A stretch of DNA of 64,000 nt, taken from assembly GCA_045535205.1 (NCBI GenBank), contig JAZSLF010000097.1, forward strand, positions 3,860 to 67,859, given 5' to 3'. This document shows, piece after piece, positions 29,591-39,538 of the stretch (positions are counted from its first letter, which is position 1; each line of letters opens with the position of its first letter). Under the pieces are notes generated by a model. That model saw nothing but the letters and a program-made list of their open reading frames with translations. It ran no database searches and was not told the origin of the DNA. Made by a program: the position numbers and the translations under genes. This DNA comes from Eubacteriales bacterium (GTDB taxonomy: Bacteria; Bacillota; Clostridia; Oscillospirales; CAG-272).

Positions 29591-30364
29591 ATGGAAGAAT
29601 TAACCGTTAAGGCTCTTGTTGTTAAAAGCGTAGATTACGGTGATTTCGATAAATTGCTTACCCTTGTCACAGAAGACAAGGGTAAACTGACAGTTACGGT
29701 AAAGGGTGGAAAAAGTCTCAGAAGCAAATTTGTTTCTGTAAGTGAACCTTTTACTTATGCTGTTTTCAACCTACGCAAATCCAATAAATATTTTTATGTA
29801 TACGACAGTGATCTGCTTGAGGATTTTTACCTTCTGAGAGACTCTATAGAAAAGCTTTCGCTTGCCGCATATATTTGTGACATTACAGCTGAGCTGTCAC
29901 TTGAAGGCATAAGTGAGCCTGAAATATTACAGCTGTCACTGAATACCCTTTATGCATTAGCATATAAGGAGGAATACGATATTGCTCTGATAAAAGGTGC
30001 CTTTGAATTTAAAGCTGCCGTTATCGGAGGATTTATGCCGGATCTTACTGGGTGCGACTTGTGTTCAAAAACAGACGGGGAAACGATGTATCTTGATATA
30101 AGAGGAGGCAGACTTCTTTGTGAAAGCTGTATCTCCTTAGGAAGCGAAACAACCGGACTTGATCCCAATTCAATTATAGTCCCCGTTACCGTTCCCGTAA
30201 TTTTATCTCTGATATATATAGCCACAAGCCGAATACAGAGGTTTTTATCATTCAGACTTGATAAAAGCGAGCTTGGTCTGTTTTCTGCCGTGACCGAAAA
30301 GTATCTTATTAACCATCTTGAAAAGGAATTTTATACTTTGGATTTTTATAAATCCGTTATGTAA
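29591..30364 (+). CDS. recO: DNA repair protein RecO
   Basis: N-terminal OB-fold pattern ('VVKSVDYGDFDKLLTLVTEDKGKL'), a Cys4 zinc motif ('CDLC...CESC'), and position after era. Confidence 0.85.
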   Translation: MEELTVKALVVKSVDYGDFDKLLTLVTEDKGKLTVTVKGGKSLRSKFVSVSEPFTYAVFNLRKSNKYFYVYDSDLLEDFYLLRDSIEKLSLAAYICDITAELSLEGISEPEILQLSLNTLYALAYKEEYDIALIKGAFEFKAAVIGGFMPDLTGCDLCSKTDGETMYLDIRGGRLLCESCISLGSETTGLDPNSIIVPVTVPVILSLIYIATSRIQRFLSFRLDKSELGLFSAVTEKYLINHLEKEFYTLDFYKSVM

Positions 30365-30375
30365 TTATAGTTAAT

Positions 30376-32751
30376 ATGAACAGTAAAGCATTATCAATAC
30401 TTGAATTTAATAAAATACTTGAGCTTCTTTGCGATCTGTGTCAAACAGAAGGAGCAAAACAGATGGCAAGAAGACTAAAACCTGAAACCAACGAGGAAAA
30501 AGTCAGAAAGCTTCTGCTGCAGACAGATGAAGCGAAAAAGCTTTCCGGTATAAAAGGACTTCCTTCGTTTTCCAACGTCACAGACGTCAGAGAAAGTATT
30601 GACAGAGCCGAAAAAGGTGCAACACTTTCTCCTCATGAGCTTCTTGCCGTTGCAAATGTACTGAGAGTGGCGAGAGGTCTTCTTGATTACATCAAAGGTG
30701 AGCGAAATTTTGAAGTAACAATAGAAGAGATATTTCTTAGACTTATTCCCGAAAGGACCCTTGAGGAAAGAATATTAAGAGCAATAATTTCAGAGGATAT
30801 GATTGCTGACGAGGCCAGTCCGGAACTTGCTGAAATAAGAAGAAAAATGCGTAATGTCAGTATTAAAATACACGACATTTTGCAAAAGTACACTACAGTA
30901 AACAGCGTATCAAAATATCTTCAGGAAAACATTGTAACAACAAGAGGCGGCAGGTACGTTATTCCCGTTAAAGCTGAATATAAAAATGAAGTTAAAGGTC
31001 TTGTTCACGATGTATCGGCATCAGGAGCCACTCTCTTTATAGAGCCCGCTTCGGTTGTGGATGCCAACAACGAGCTCAGAACCCTCGAAAGTAAAGAAAA
31101 ACATGAAATTGAAAGAATACTTTCTGAGCTTTCTGCAAAGGCAGCTGAAAATTCAACCTCGATAAGACTTAATTATCTTAATATCACAGAGCTTGCCTTT
31201 ATATTTGCAAAAGCTGATCTTTCCTACAAAATGGATGCGGTAGCACCAATTATTTCAAACAAACGGCATTTCTCATTGGTGAGAGCACGCCATCCTCTTC
31301 TTGACACAAAAAAAGTAGTTCCTATAACTGTAAGTCTCGGAAAGGATTATTCTTTACTTGTCATAACCGGCCCCAATACAGGCGGTAAAACCGTAACGCT
31401 GAAAACTATCGGTTTGTTTGCCGCCATGGCACAGGCAGGGCTTCATATTCCGTGTGACGAGGGAAGTGAGATATGTTTATTTGATGAAATATTCTCAGAC
31501 ATCGGAGATGAGCAAAGTATAGAACAATCTCTCTCAACTTTTTCGGCACACATGGTAGGAATAGTCTCCATTATCGACAAGATGACAGACCGTTCTCTCG
31601 TTCTTTTTGATGAGCTTGGTGCAGGTACCGACCCGATCGAAGGTGCTGCTCTTGCGATGTCTATCCTTGAAGAAGTGAGATCTGCCGGTGCACTATGTGC
31701 GGCAACTACCCATTACGCAGAGCTAAAGGCTTATGCCGTTGAAACAGATGGGGTTACAAACGCTTCCTGTGAATTTAACATAGAGACTCTTATGCCTACT
31801 TACAGGCTTATAATCGGTGCTCCCGGCAAATCCAACGCTTTTGCAATATCCGAAAAGCTTGGATTACCGGATTATATTGTTAAAAGAGCAGGCGAATATG
31901 TTGATAACGGAACAAGAAGCTTTGAAGCGGTCATTGAAAAGCTCGACAGAGAAAGACAACGGCTTCGTGAAGAAACGGAGATCGCAAAACAGAGCCGTAT
32001 TGAAGCGATACGCATGAAGGAAGAAACGGAGCGGAACCTTGACAGATCAGTTAAAGAAGCCAAAAAAGAAGCTGAAAAAGCACGCAAACAGGCTCAGGCT
32101 ATGCTTATAAGCACAAGGGCGACTGCTGATTATATTATTAATGAGCTTGAGGAAGTCAGAAGAAATAAAAACTCCTCGGATTTTGACAAAAAGCTATCTG
32201 ATGCCAAAAGAGCAGTAAGGCAAAGGCTAAGAGAAACAGATGATGCTCTTAATCCTGTCGATAATATAAACACCGAGAATTACGTGCTTCCAAGGGAATT
32301 GAAAAAAGGGGATTCTGTAATACACAAAACGCTCGGAACAAGCGGGGTTCTGCTTGACGATCCTGATAAAAAAGGAAACGTTGAGGTTCAGATGGGCATT
32401 ATTAAAAGCAGGGTTAATATTTCTTCGTTGATGCTTGATGAAAGCACAAAGGTATCAGTAAATTCCCAAAAAGGAACAAAGGGATATACTGCAACTGTAA
32501 GCCGCAGCTTCAGTCCTACACTCGATGTCAGAGGCTCTACGGGAGATGATGCATGGTTTACTCTTGATAAATATCTTGACGAAGCAAACGTTGCCTCTGT
32601 AAAATCTGTTACTGTCATACACGGTAAAGGAACAGGAGCACTTCGTGCTGCCATATGGAAAAATCTGAAGACAGATAAAAGAGTCAAAAGCTTTAGGGCA
32701 GGACAGTACGGAGAGGGCGATTACGGAGTTACTGTAATAGATCTGAAATAA
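30376..32751 (+). CDS. mutS2: endonuclease MutS2
   Basis: 'ITGPNTGGKTV' Walker A, 'DELGAGTDP', a long coiled coil, and a C-terminal Smr domain ('VIHGKGTGALR'). Confidence 0.92.
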   Translation: MNSKALSILEFNKILELLCDLCQTEGAKQMARRLKPETNEEKVRKLLLQTDEAKKLSGIKGLPSFSNVTDVRESIDRAEKGATLSPHELLAVANVLRVARGLLDYIKGERNFEVTIEEIFLRLIPERTLEERILRAIISEDMIADEASPELAEIRRKMRNVSIKIHDILQKYTTVNSVSKYLQENIVTTRGGRYVIPVKAEYKNEVKGLVHDVSASGATLFIEPASVVDANNELRTLESKEKHEIERILSELSAKAAENSTSIRLNYLNITELAFIFAKADLSYKMDAVAPIISNKRHFSLVRARHPLLDTKKVVPITVSLGKDYSLLVITGPNTGGKTVTLKTIGLFAAMAQAGLHIPCDEGSEICLFDEIFSDIGDEQSIEQSLSTFSAHMVGIVSIIDKMTDRSLVLFDELGAGTDPIEGAALAMSILEEVRSAGALCAATTHYAELKAYAVETDGVTNASCEFNIETLMPTYRLIIGAPGKSNAFAISEKLGLPDYIVKRAGEYVDNGTRSFEAVIEKLDRERQRLREETEIAKQSRIEAIRMKEETERNLDRSVKEAKKEAEKARKQAQAMLISTRATADYIINELEEVRRNKNSSDFDKKLSDAKRAVRQRLRETDDALNPVDNINTENYVLPRELKKGDSVIHKTLGTSGVLLDDPDKKGNVEVQMGIIKSRVNISSLMLDESTKVSVNSQKGTKGYTATVSRSFSPTLDVRGSTGDDAWFTLDKYLDEANVASVKSVTVIHGKGTGALRAAIWKNLKTDKRVKSFRAGQYGEGDYGVTVIDLK

Positions 32752-32756
32752 TTAAA

Positions 32757-32776
32757 GGGGCTGAAAAGCCCCTTTT
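32757..32776 (+). terminator. rho-independent terminator of mutS2 (copy 1 of a duplicated 22-nt sequence)
   Basis: GGGGCTGAAAAGCCCC followed by TTTT. Confidence 0.7.
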
Positions 32777-33069
32777 CAGAGTGTAGACAAAGTCTACACT
32801 CTGACCGGACTAAGAGAAACGACGGTAGATTTGGCGATTTTTTCCTCGTCGGCATAGTTTGTCTATGGTAGAGGGAAAAACTCGCCAAAAGCAGAGAACC
32901 TCAAGTCGCCAAAGGCAACTTGGGCCTAATCAGATGTGGCGGGCTTTTGCCCGCCTTTTCAGTATAAGATGATTTCATCAAGAAAAGCTTGTTTTATACA
33001 AATCCTTTCACTCACATCTGCGTTATACCGAGTTTGTCTTCGGTCTGAAGGGGCTGAAAAGCCCCTTTT
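32777..33069 (+). other. highly structured ~290-nt intergenic element (candidate sRNA or small inserted element)
   Basis: Contains several perfect hairpins and ends in a second copy of the mutS2 terminator sequence. See findings. Confidence 0.3.
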
Positions 33070-33641
33070 TATACTATAAATAACGGACGAAGCTGCTTAC
33101 AAGCTCTTGCCGCCTCAAATGACTCTCTGAATTGCGAAAAATCCGACACCAAAGAATGCGGTTTTTTATTTGGGTCATCCTGGATCATCGGAAGAAAGAA
33201 TACATTTTTTCTATTGAGCAAAACAGAAATATTTTTTAAATTTGTACTCATCGCATCGTTGGATGCGAGAGCTATAAGCATCGGTCTGTCGGAACGCAAA
33301 TGTGCTTTAGCCGCCATAGTTACAGGCGTATCCGTAATGCCGTTTGCTATTTTCGCAAGCGTGTTGCCGGTGCAAGGACAAATAACAAGCAATTCAAGAG
33401 GAGTTGCAGGTCCAAGCGGTTCCGCAGTTTCGATCGTATTGATACACTTTCTGCCGCAAGTATTTTCAATTATTTCAACAAACTCACTCGCTTTTCCAAA
33501 ACGTGTATCTATATTCAGAGTATTAAAACTTATTATGGGCTGAATATCATAATCCTTGCACAAATCAGTCAGTATTTCAAGACTTTTTGAATGGGTACAA
33601 AACGAGCCGCAAATTCCGTAACCTATCATCAGCTCACCCAC
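33069..33641 (-). CDS. dpaB: dipicolinate synthase subunit B
   Basis: Flavoprotein-type 'GICGSFCT' N-terminus, about 190 aa. Overlaps and follows dpaA. Confidence 0.85.
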   Translation of the reverse strand: MGELMIGYGICGSFCTHSKSLEILTDLCKDYDIQPIISFNTLNIDTRFGKASEFVEIIENTCGRKCINTIETAEPLGPATPLELLVICPCTGNTLAKIANGITDTPVTMAAKAHLRSDRPMLIALASNDAMSTNLKNISVLLNRKNVFFLPMIQDDPNKKPHSLVSDFSQFRESFEAARACKQLRPLFIV

Positions 33642-34486
33642 CCTTCCAGATCCTTTTGAATAGCTTCGGCAATAATTTTGCCTGCCGTTACAGGAACAGT
33701 TCTGCCCGGCAAAGAGGAGGCTCTGATATATTTATCACCAAAAACTTTAAGTGCTTCATTGTCACATCCGTAAGGTGCTGAAGCAAGATCAATAAACAGA
33801 TGCGTATTTGTTTTTTCAGCTTTATCCTTATCAAAGAGTCTGAAAGGAACAGTATTAAAAATACAATGTGAAAAACAAGGAAAGCTGAAGAAATCTTTAA
33901 TGGAAAGACTCTTCATACCGTCAGTAAATGCAGTAGCAATATCCTTGCTGCTTCGAGCACATACCGTGACCGATGAGCCGAGAGCCTTCATTCTCAATGC
34001 AAGCGACCTTCCGATTCTTCCGTATCCGAAAATAACAGTCTCAGAGTTCATTATAGTGATCGGAAGTGATGTAAGAAAGGTTTCAATTGCTCCTTCTGCA
34101 GTTGCAACAGCATTTTTTATCTGTATTTCTTCAAACTCATAATAATCCGTTATATTGAGCTTCAGTTCGCTGAAGTATTTTTTTTGGAAATTATTCGGCA
34201 TACCGAGATATACTTTATCGTCTGTTGTAAAACGGCTGAAAGTTTCTGTAAAACCGTAATCCATTTTGCTGAGAGGACAATTTATATTCAAACCGTCTCT
34301 GCTTACAGGTAAAGGAAAAATATTAATATCAGCAGGCACAAAGGAGTCCGTGAACATATCTTCTGCACCGTGTTTTTTGAGGATGCTTTCATCTATAGCA
34401 AATATGTGTACGTTATGACCCTTGCTTTTAAAAAATTTAGCTGCGGAGATCTGTCTGAGATCTCCACCGAATATAAGTATGTTCAT
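33629..34486 (-). CDS. dpaA: dipicolinate synthase subunit A
   Basis: 'MNILIFGGDLRQ' N-terminus and Rossmann motif 'GYGRIGRSLA'. Paired with dpaB. Confidence 0.85.
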   Translation of the reverse strand: MNILIFGGDLRQISAAKFFKSKGHNVHIFAIDESILKKHGAEDMFTDSFVPADINIFPLPVSRDGLNINCPLSKMDYGFTETFSRFTTDDKVYLGMPNNFQKKYFSELKLNITDYYEFEEIQIKNAVATAEGAIETFLTSLPITIMNSETVIFGYGRIGRSLALRMKALGSSVTVCARSSKDIATAFTDGMKSLSIKDFFSFPCFSHCIFNTVPFRLFDKDKAEKTNTHLFIDLASAPYGCDNEALKVFGDKYIRASSLPGRTVPVTAGKIIAEAIQKDLEGWVS

Positions 34487-34577
34487 TCTCTTTATCCTTT
34501 AAATTCTTTTCTTTTAAAATAGTAACGCCCTAACGGGCTTACTATATTATATTCAAAAAAACAATAAAGTGATATGC

Positions 34578-35009
34578 TCAGACGTGCCTTTTATACATCG
34601 TTCTGAACTTGTTTTTTTCAGGCTTTTTCTTACTTAAAAAGGACGTAACAGCTGACAATATCATAATCGCAAGTCCAAGTATTACGCTGTTAAGTAAAGG
34701 AGAGCCGTCTTTGTATACAGCAGAGAAAAACAGTAATATTAAAGCAATTACGGCAGTACAGACCAGATTGCATACAACGCTTGCTCCCATTATCCTTGTT
34801 GATAGTGCTGATGACACAATAATAGAAATACCCAAAGAGGACAATGCTGCTATCTTAATAATAGCGAGCGGGTCGCTGAGCATACCGGTGATAAATGCAC
34901 CCAAAAGTAAAAAAACAAAGATGACAGCCAAGTATAATACAAATGAAAACAGGTATTTTAAATAAACCGAAAGCTCTTTCCGCCTCGTTCTTGAATTGAA
35001 ATTTTGCAT
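34578..35009 (-). CDS. hypothetical membrane protein (4 TM)
   Basis: 143 aa with four hydrophobic helices. No recognisable motif. Confidence 0.45.
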   Translation of the reverse strand: MQNFNSRTRRKELSVYLKYLFSFVLYLAVIFVFLLLGAFITGMLSDPLAIIKIAALSSLGISIIVSSALSTRIMGASVVCNLVCTAVIALILLFFSAVYKDGSPLLNSVILGLAIMILSAVTSFLSKKKPEKNKFRTMYKRHV

Positions 35010-35079
35010 AAAAAATCCTCCGCATCACATTCTGTACAAATGTATGCGGAGAACTTAATCGTTATAACCTATCAAAATA

Positions 35080-35409
35080 TCAGTCAGCTGCGTCTTCAGC
35101 TTTAACGTCAATCTTTGCTACGGCAGAACGGAGCAGACGGATCTTTGTTCTGTCTTTGCTTGTTTCGATAACCATAGTTTCTTCTTTAATTGAAACAACT
35201 TTACCTATGATACCGCCCTTTGTTGTAATTTCGTCACCGGGCTGAAGAGAGTTCAGCATGTTGTTAAATTCTTTTTCCTGCTTTTTCTGAGGTCTGATAA
35301 GGAAGAAATAGAAAACAACGATCATAAGAACGAGAAAAATAATTGAACCGTACTGAGCAAAAAAGCCGGTCTGAGTATCGGTTGCAGTTTCCATCATGAA
35401 TCTAAGCAT
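35080..35409 (-). CDS. yajC: preprotein translocase subunit YajC
   Basis: 'FFLIRPQKKQEKEFNNMLNSLQPGDEITTKGGIIGKV' is the canonical YajC pattern. Confidence 0.88.
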   Translation of the reverse strand: MLRFMMETATDTQTGFFAQYGSIIFLVLMIVVFYFFLIRPQKKQEKEFNNMLNSLQPGDEITTKGGIIGKVVSIKEETMVIETSKDRTKIRLLRSAVAKIDVKAEDAAD

Positions 35410-35611
35410 AATAGTTCCTCCATAAAACGATTTGTTAAATTATACACTCATTTTCACATTATTACAAGCGATATTTTGAAAATTCATAAAAAATACATAT
35501 TATAAATTGAAATGTATTTTCCAAAATAAGAAGGGTACAATAAGAATACTGTATTAACAAATGTAAATTTGGCTTTACAGCATTATATTCAATTATATGG
35601 AGGTTTTGAAA

Positions 35612-35824
35612 ATGCTTGACAGAATAGCACTTATACTCGTAATAGTAGGGGCTGTGAATTGGGGAAGCATAGGTCTTTTTCAGTTTGACATAGTATCCTG
35701 GATATGCGGCGGACAAGATGCTCTGTTTGCACGTATAATTTATACTGTAGTTGCACTCGCAGGCCTTTGGTGTATCTCGCTCCTTTTCAGAAGCAGAGAA
35801 GTTGAAAGCAGCGAAAACTATTGA
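35612..35824 (+). CDS. DUF378 family membrane protein
   Basis: 'LILVIVGAVNWGSIGLFQFDIV' is the hallmark of DUF378. GGAGG lies 8 nt before ATG 35612. Confidence 0.75.
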   Translation: MLDRIALILVIVGAVNWGSIGLFQFDIVSWICGGQDALFARIIYTVVALAGLWCISLLFRSREVESSENY

Positions 35825-35878
35825 TTTTTCCAAAAATGTTAAAAGAATGCCCGACACTGCTGTGTCGGGTTTTCTTGA

Positions 35879-36532
35879 TTAATTCAAATAATTAATAATA
35901 TCCGAAAGATGAGAAATTACGGGAACACCCGCACCCATCAGCTTTTCCTTAGCATCGTGGCCGCCGCTGTAGAGAAGACAATCGGCACCGATTGCTCTTG
36001 CCGTGTCAAGATCATGAAGGGTATCTCCGATAAAAAGGGCATTGAAGCTTTTTCCTTTTGCCCATTGTTTTGCCATTTCAGCTTTACCGCCCGCATACAC
36101 GTTATCAAGACCGAGAATTACGTCAAAATAGTCATAAATACCAAGTGCTTTTGCTTCACGTGTAAGCATATTTACTTCCGATGACGAAAGAATTATCTGG
36201 GAAATTGATCTTCTTTTAATCTCATCAAGCACATATAGTACACCATCGCTTAAAGTCATGTCCTTTTCTCTGCTGAGATATTCTTTCACCCATTCATCAG
36301 CAACTATGCTGTAAGGCTCTTTATCAAAATCAAATCCAAGCTTTTTATAGTATTCAATTATAGGAAAACAAAAAATACTGCGATAGTGCTCCGTATCTTT
36401 TATAAGAGGCATATTTCGTCTCCCCAGAACTGAATTAATACTGTCGATCCCAATTTGAAGATCGTCGGTTAACGTTCCGTTAAAATCCCATATTACAAGA
36501 TCATATTTCATTATTCTGCCAAATCCCTTCAA
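35879..36532 (-). CDS. HAD family hydrolase (phosphoglycolate phosphatase-like)
   Basis: Motif I 'IWDFNGTLTDD', motif III/IV 'FIGDTLHDLDTA'. Confidence 0.8.
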   Translation of the reverse strand: MKGFGRIMKYDLVIWDFNGTLTDDLQIGIDSINSVLGRRNMPLIKDTEHYRSIFCFPIIEYYKKLGFDFDKEPYSIVADEWVKEYLSREKDMTLSDGVLYVLDEIKRRSISQIILSSSEVNMLTREAKALGIYDYFDVILGLDNVYAGGKAEMAKQWAKGKSFNALFIGDTLHDLDTARAIGADCLLYSGGHDAKEKLMGAGVPVISHLSDIINYLN

Positions 36533-36641
36533 AAATCAAGATGTTTTGCAAAGAAGCTCTAATATGATACCAAATCTTTATCATAAGGTCAAGCAGTTTT
36601 AATGTTATTTCGGAATATACTGTTAAAAACCGGAGGTGATT

Positions 36642-37328
36642 ATGATATATTTTTATTTATACGCTATACTTGCAGCTTCATTTTTAATGCTGAGTGTATC
36701 CCAAAACCAAAACTTTCCGCCCCCGTTGTCCTGTGAAGAGGAAGAGAATCTGTTTTGTATGTTTAAGGAACAGGGAAGTCTTGAAGCGAGGGACATTCTT
36801 ATAATTCACAATCAAAGGCTTGTCGCACATATTGTCAGGAAATATTACAGCGGGTCAAAAAATACAGACGACCTTGTTTCTATCGGAACAATAGGACTTA
36901 TAAAAGCAATCGACTCCTTCAATCATAACAGTAACGTTAAATTTGCCACGTACGCTTCAAGGTGTATTCAAAATGAAATTTTAATGTACTTCAGAGCACG
37001 CAAAAAGCAAAATCTCGAAGTATCGATCAACGAAACAATTGACATTGATAAAGACGGAAATCCGCTTACATATCTTGACATAATCAAAACCGAGGACACC
37101 ATCGCAGAGGATCTTGACAGAAAAGAAAAATGTCAAAAAGCATTATATTATATAGATAATATTCTCTCCGAAAGAGAACGTAAAATTGTAAAGCTTCGTT
37201 ACGGTATCGGTTACGGAAAAGAAATCACGCAGAGAGAGGTCTCCGAGCTTCTCGGAATATCACGCTCATACGTAAGCCGTATAGAAAAGAGTGCTCTCGA
37301 TAAAATATCAGCCTACCTGAAACGTTAA
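36642..37328 (+). CDS. sigK: sporulation sigma factor SigK (pro-sigma-K, uninterrupted)
   Basis: Hydrophobic pro-sequence, then 'NFPPPLSCEEE' (compare B. subtilis 'AFPQPLSSSEE'), 'RLVAHIVRKY', 'LVSIGTIGLIKAIDSF' and 'ATYASRCIQNEILMYFR'. GGAGG lies 5 nt before ATG 36642. Confidence 0.85.
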   Translation: MIYFYLYAILAASFLMLSVSQNQNFPPPLSCEEEENLFCMFKEQGSLEARDILIIHNQRLVAHIVRKYYSGSKNTDDLVSIGTIGLIKAIDSFNHNSNVKFATYASRCIQNEILMYFRARKKQNLEVSINETIDIDKDGNPLTYLDIIKTEDTIAEDLDRKEKCQKALYYIDNILSERERKIVKLRYGIGYGKEITQREVSELLGISRSYVSRIEKSALDKISAYLKR

Positions 37329-37453
37329 GTTTTTTTACGGCTTACGTTTTGAAGCCGTTTAATAATTGTGTGTTATTATTTATATAATATATATTGACCT
37401 TGTGTGCGGTTTTAGTGTATAATATACTGTAAAAGTATGAAAAGGAGGATGTT

Positions 37454-38758
37454 ATGGTAAAAATAACTTCCGTTATTCCTCGTTCAAGAGCCGCCAAGGC
37501 AGGTATACGTACTGAAGATATACTCATATCGATCAACGGCAAAGAAATCAGGGACGTACTCGATTTCAGATTTTACCTTGCTGATGAAAATATATATATT
37601 ACAGTTGACAGAAACGGTAAAGTATTAGAATTTAATATAAAAAAAGATATTTATGACGATATTGGTCTCGAATTTGAAACTCCCCTGATGGATAAAAAAA
37701 TGAGATGTGCCAACAAATGCATTTTTTGCTTTATCGATCAGCTTCCCAAGGGACTAAGAAAATCACTTTACTTCAAGGATGATGACTCACGTCTGTCGTT
37801 TCTTCACGGCAATTACATAACCATGACAAATCTTGAAATCAGGGATATAGAGAGAATAATTGAAATGCGTATTTCTCCCGTGAACATTTCCGTACACACC
37901 ACCGACCCTGAGCTCAGATGCAAAATGATGCTTAATAAAAATGCAGGTAAGGTTCTTTCTTATCTTGATATGCTCTATGAAAACGGTATTTCCATGCGTG
38001 GACAAATAGTTCTGTGCAGAGGAGTAAACGACAAAGAGAACCTTACCAAAACAATGAATGATTTATCAAAACTGTTTCCACATATGGAAAGTGTATCTGT
38101 CGTTCCTGCCGGACTTACCGCATACAGAGACGGCTTATATCCTCTTGAACCCTTCACCGAAGAGGAATGCAGAGAGGTTGTTCGTCAAGTATCGGATTTT
38201 TCAGATAAATGCTTAAAGAAATACGGCTCAAGGATATTCTTCTGTGCCGATGAATTTTATTTAAAGGGCGGCATCGATATTCCCGATTACGAATATTGGG
38301 AAGAATTTACACAGATTGAAAACGGTGTGGGAATGATCTCATCCTTTGACCGTGAATTTCAAAATGCCATGCTCAACATTAATGACGAGGACAAAGCATT
38401 AAGCAGAAATATATCAGTAGCTACGGGCGAAGCCGCTTATGAACTGATAAAAAAATGCTGTGACAGGCTGAGCGAGTTTTGTCCCCACCTAAAGATCAAC
38501 GTTCATAAGATAAAGAATAAATTTTTCGGCGGAGAAGTGACTGTAACAGGCCTTCTCACCGGACAGGATATTCTGAACAGCCTCAGCGGCATCGAGCTCG
38601 GCGAAGTATTGCTCCTCAGCCGATCTATGCTCAGAGCCGAGGGAGACCTATTTCTTTGCGGTATGACTCCGGAGGAGCTTGCCGAAAAGCTCGGAGTTGA
38701 AATACAATTTGTTGAAAATGACGGTGCAGATTTCCTTTTCACTTTGTTGGGAGAATAA
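37454..38758 (+). CDS. DUF512 protein (PDZ plus radical-SAM-like domain)
   Basis: N-terminal PDZ ('GIRTEDILISINGKEI') and 'CANKCIFCFIDQLPKG' (CxxxCxxC). Conserved position upstream of der. Confidence 0.8.
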   Translation: MVKITSVIPRSRAAKAGIRTEDILISINGKEIRDVLDFRFYLADENIYITVDRNGKVLEFNIKKDIYDDIGLEFETPLMDKKMRCANKCIFCFIDQLPKGLRKSLYFKDDDSRLSFLHGNYITMTNLEIRDIERIIEMRISPVNISVHTTDPELRCKMMLNKNAGKVLSYLDMLYENGISMRGQIVLCRGVNDKENLTKTMNDLSKLFPHMESVSVVPAGLTAYRDGLYPLEPFTEEECREVVRQVSDFSDKCLKKYGSRIFFCADEFYLKGGIDIPDYEYWEEFTQIENGVGMISSFDREFQNAMLNINDEDKALSRNISVATGEAAYELIKKCCDRLSEFCPHLKINVHKIKNKFFGGEVTVTGLLTGQDILNSLSGIELGEVLLLSRSMLRAEGDLFLCGMTPEELAEKLGVEIQFVENDGADFLFTLLGE

Positions 38759-38760
38759 CA

Positions 38761-39522
38761 ATGAAATTTAATACAAAGAAGCTTCTTCTCACTATTGCAT
38801 TTCTGTGTCTTGCGGCGGCGGTATTAATTATCATATTAATGCCGAAACCGGAAAAGGTTCTGCCTGAGCTTCCCGAAGCTATTTTTAACACAGAAATCAG
38901 AAATATTGAGACTAATAAAAACGGATATATAAAAATAATCAAATTTCCTGTTGTTTCATCAAGCGACGGCAGGGATCTTAATGAATTCAATTCAATACTC
39001 AGACAGAATGAAGAAGAGTATTGTAACGGAAGTAATTTTCCGTATCAGGAAAACCAGAGTGCTTCATATATAATCCATCAGTATAATATCATGCTTCAGG
39101 CGGGGGATTTTCTATCCTGCAAAGCTGAAGGAACATATTCCAACAGCTCGGAGGATTATTATTTCAAAATTCTGAAAAGCGTAAATTATAACGTTGCTAC
39201 GGGAGAAACGATCGGATTTGATGAGGTCGTCTCCGATCTTAAAAAATTTTATAAAGCTTTTAGCAACGGTAAATTTACCATGACTCAAAGTAACGATACC
39301 CAGCTTGACAGCAAAAGCAGCGAAGAGCTTCTCGGAAATTTTCAACCTGCATACAGCATATATCCCGATTACTATATAGACGGTGAATACTTTGTCATAA
39401 TAGCAGATGTTCCAGAAGTATTCGGAGGATATACCGAATACAGAATTTCGCTTATCGAAGCAGAAGCGTTTTTAAATAAAAATTGTGATTATATTAAAAT
39501 GATTTATAACGGTAAATATTAA
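38761..39522 (+). CDS. hypothetical membrane-anchored protein (DUF3298/RsiV-like by pattern)
   Basis: N-terminal anchor. 'SVNYNVATGETIGFDEVV' resembles the DUF3298 '..D..TGk.l.l.Dlf' segment. Weak call. Confidence 0.4.
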   Translation: MKFNTKKLLLTIAFLCLAAAVLIIILMPKPEKVLPELPEAIFNTEIRNIETNKNGYIKIIKFPVVSSSDGRDLNEFNSILRQNEEEYCNGSNFPYQENQSASYIIHQYNIMLQAGDFLSCKAEGTYSNSSEDYYFKILKSVNYNVATGETIGFDEVVSDLKKFYKAFSNGKFTMTQSNDTQLDSKSSEELLGNFQPAYSIYPDYYIDGEYFVIIADVPEVFGGYTEYRISLIEAEAFLNKNCDYIKMIYNGKY

Positions 39523-39538
39523 ACGGAGGTTGAAAAGT

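Noticed and set aside
32934-32972. 12-codon mini-ORF (MWRAFARLFSIR) inside the structured mutS2-dpaB spacer, considered as a possible toxin or leader peptide.
   Set aside because: It has no RBS and it coincides with the GGCGGGC/GCCCGCC hairpin. It is most likely a chance ORF.
36642-37328. Checked sigK for interruption by a skin-like prophage element.
   Set aside because: All sigma regions 1.2-4.2 are present in a single 228-aa ORF. There is no recombinase and no split.
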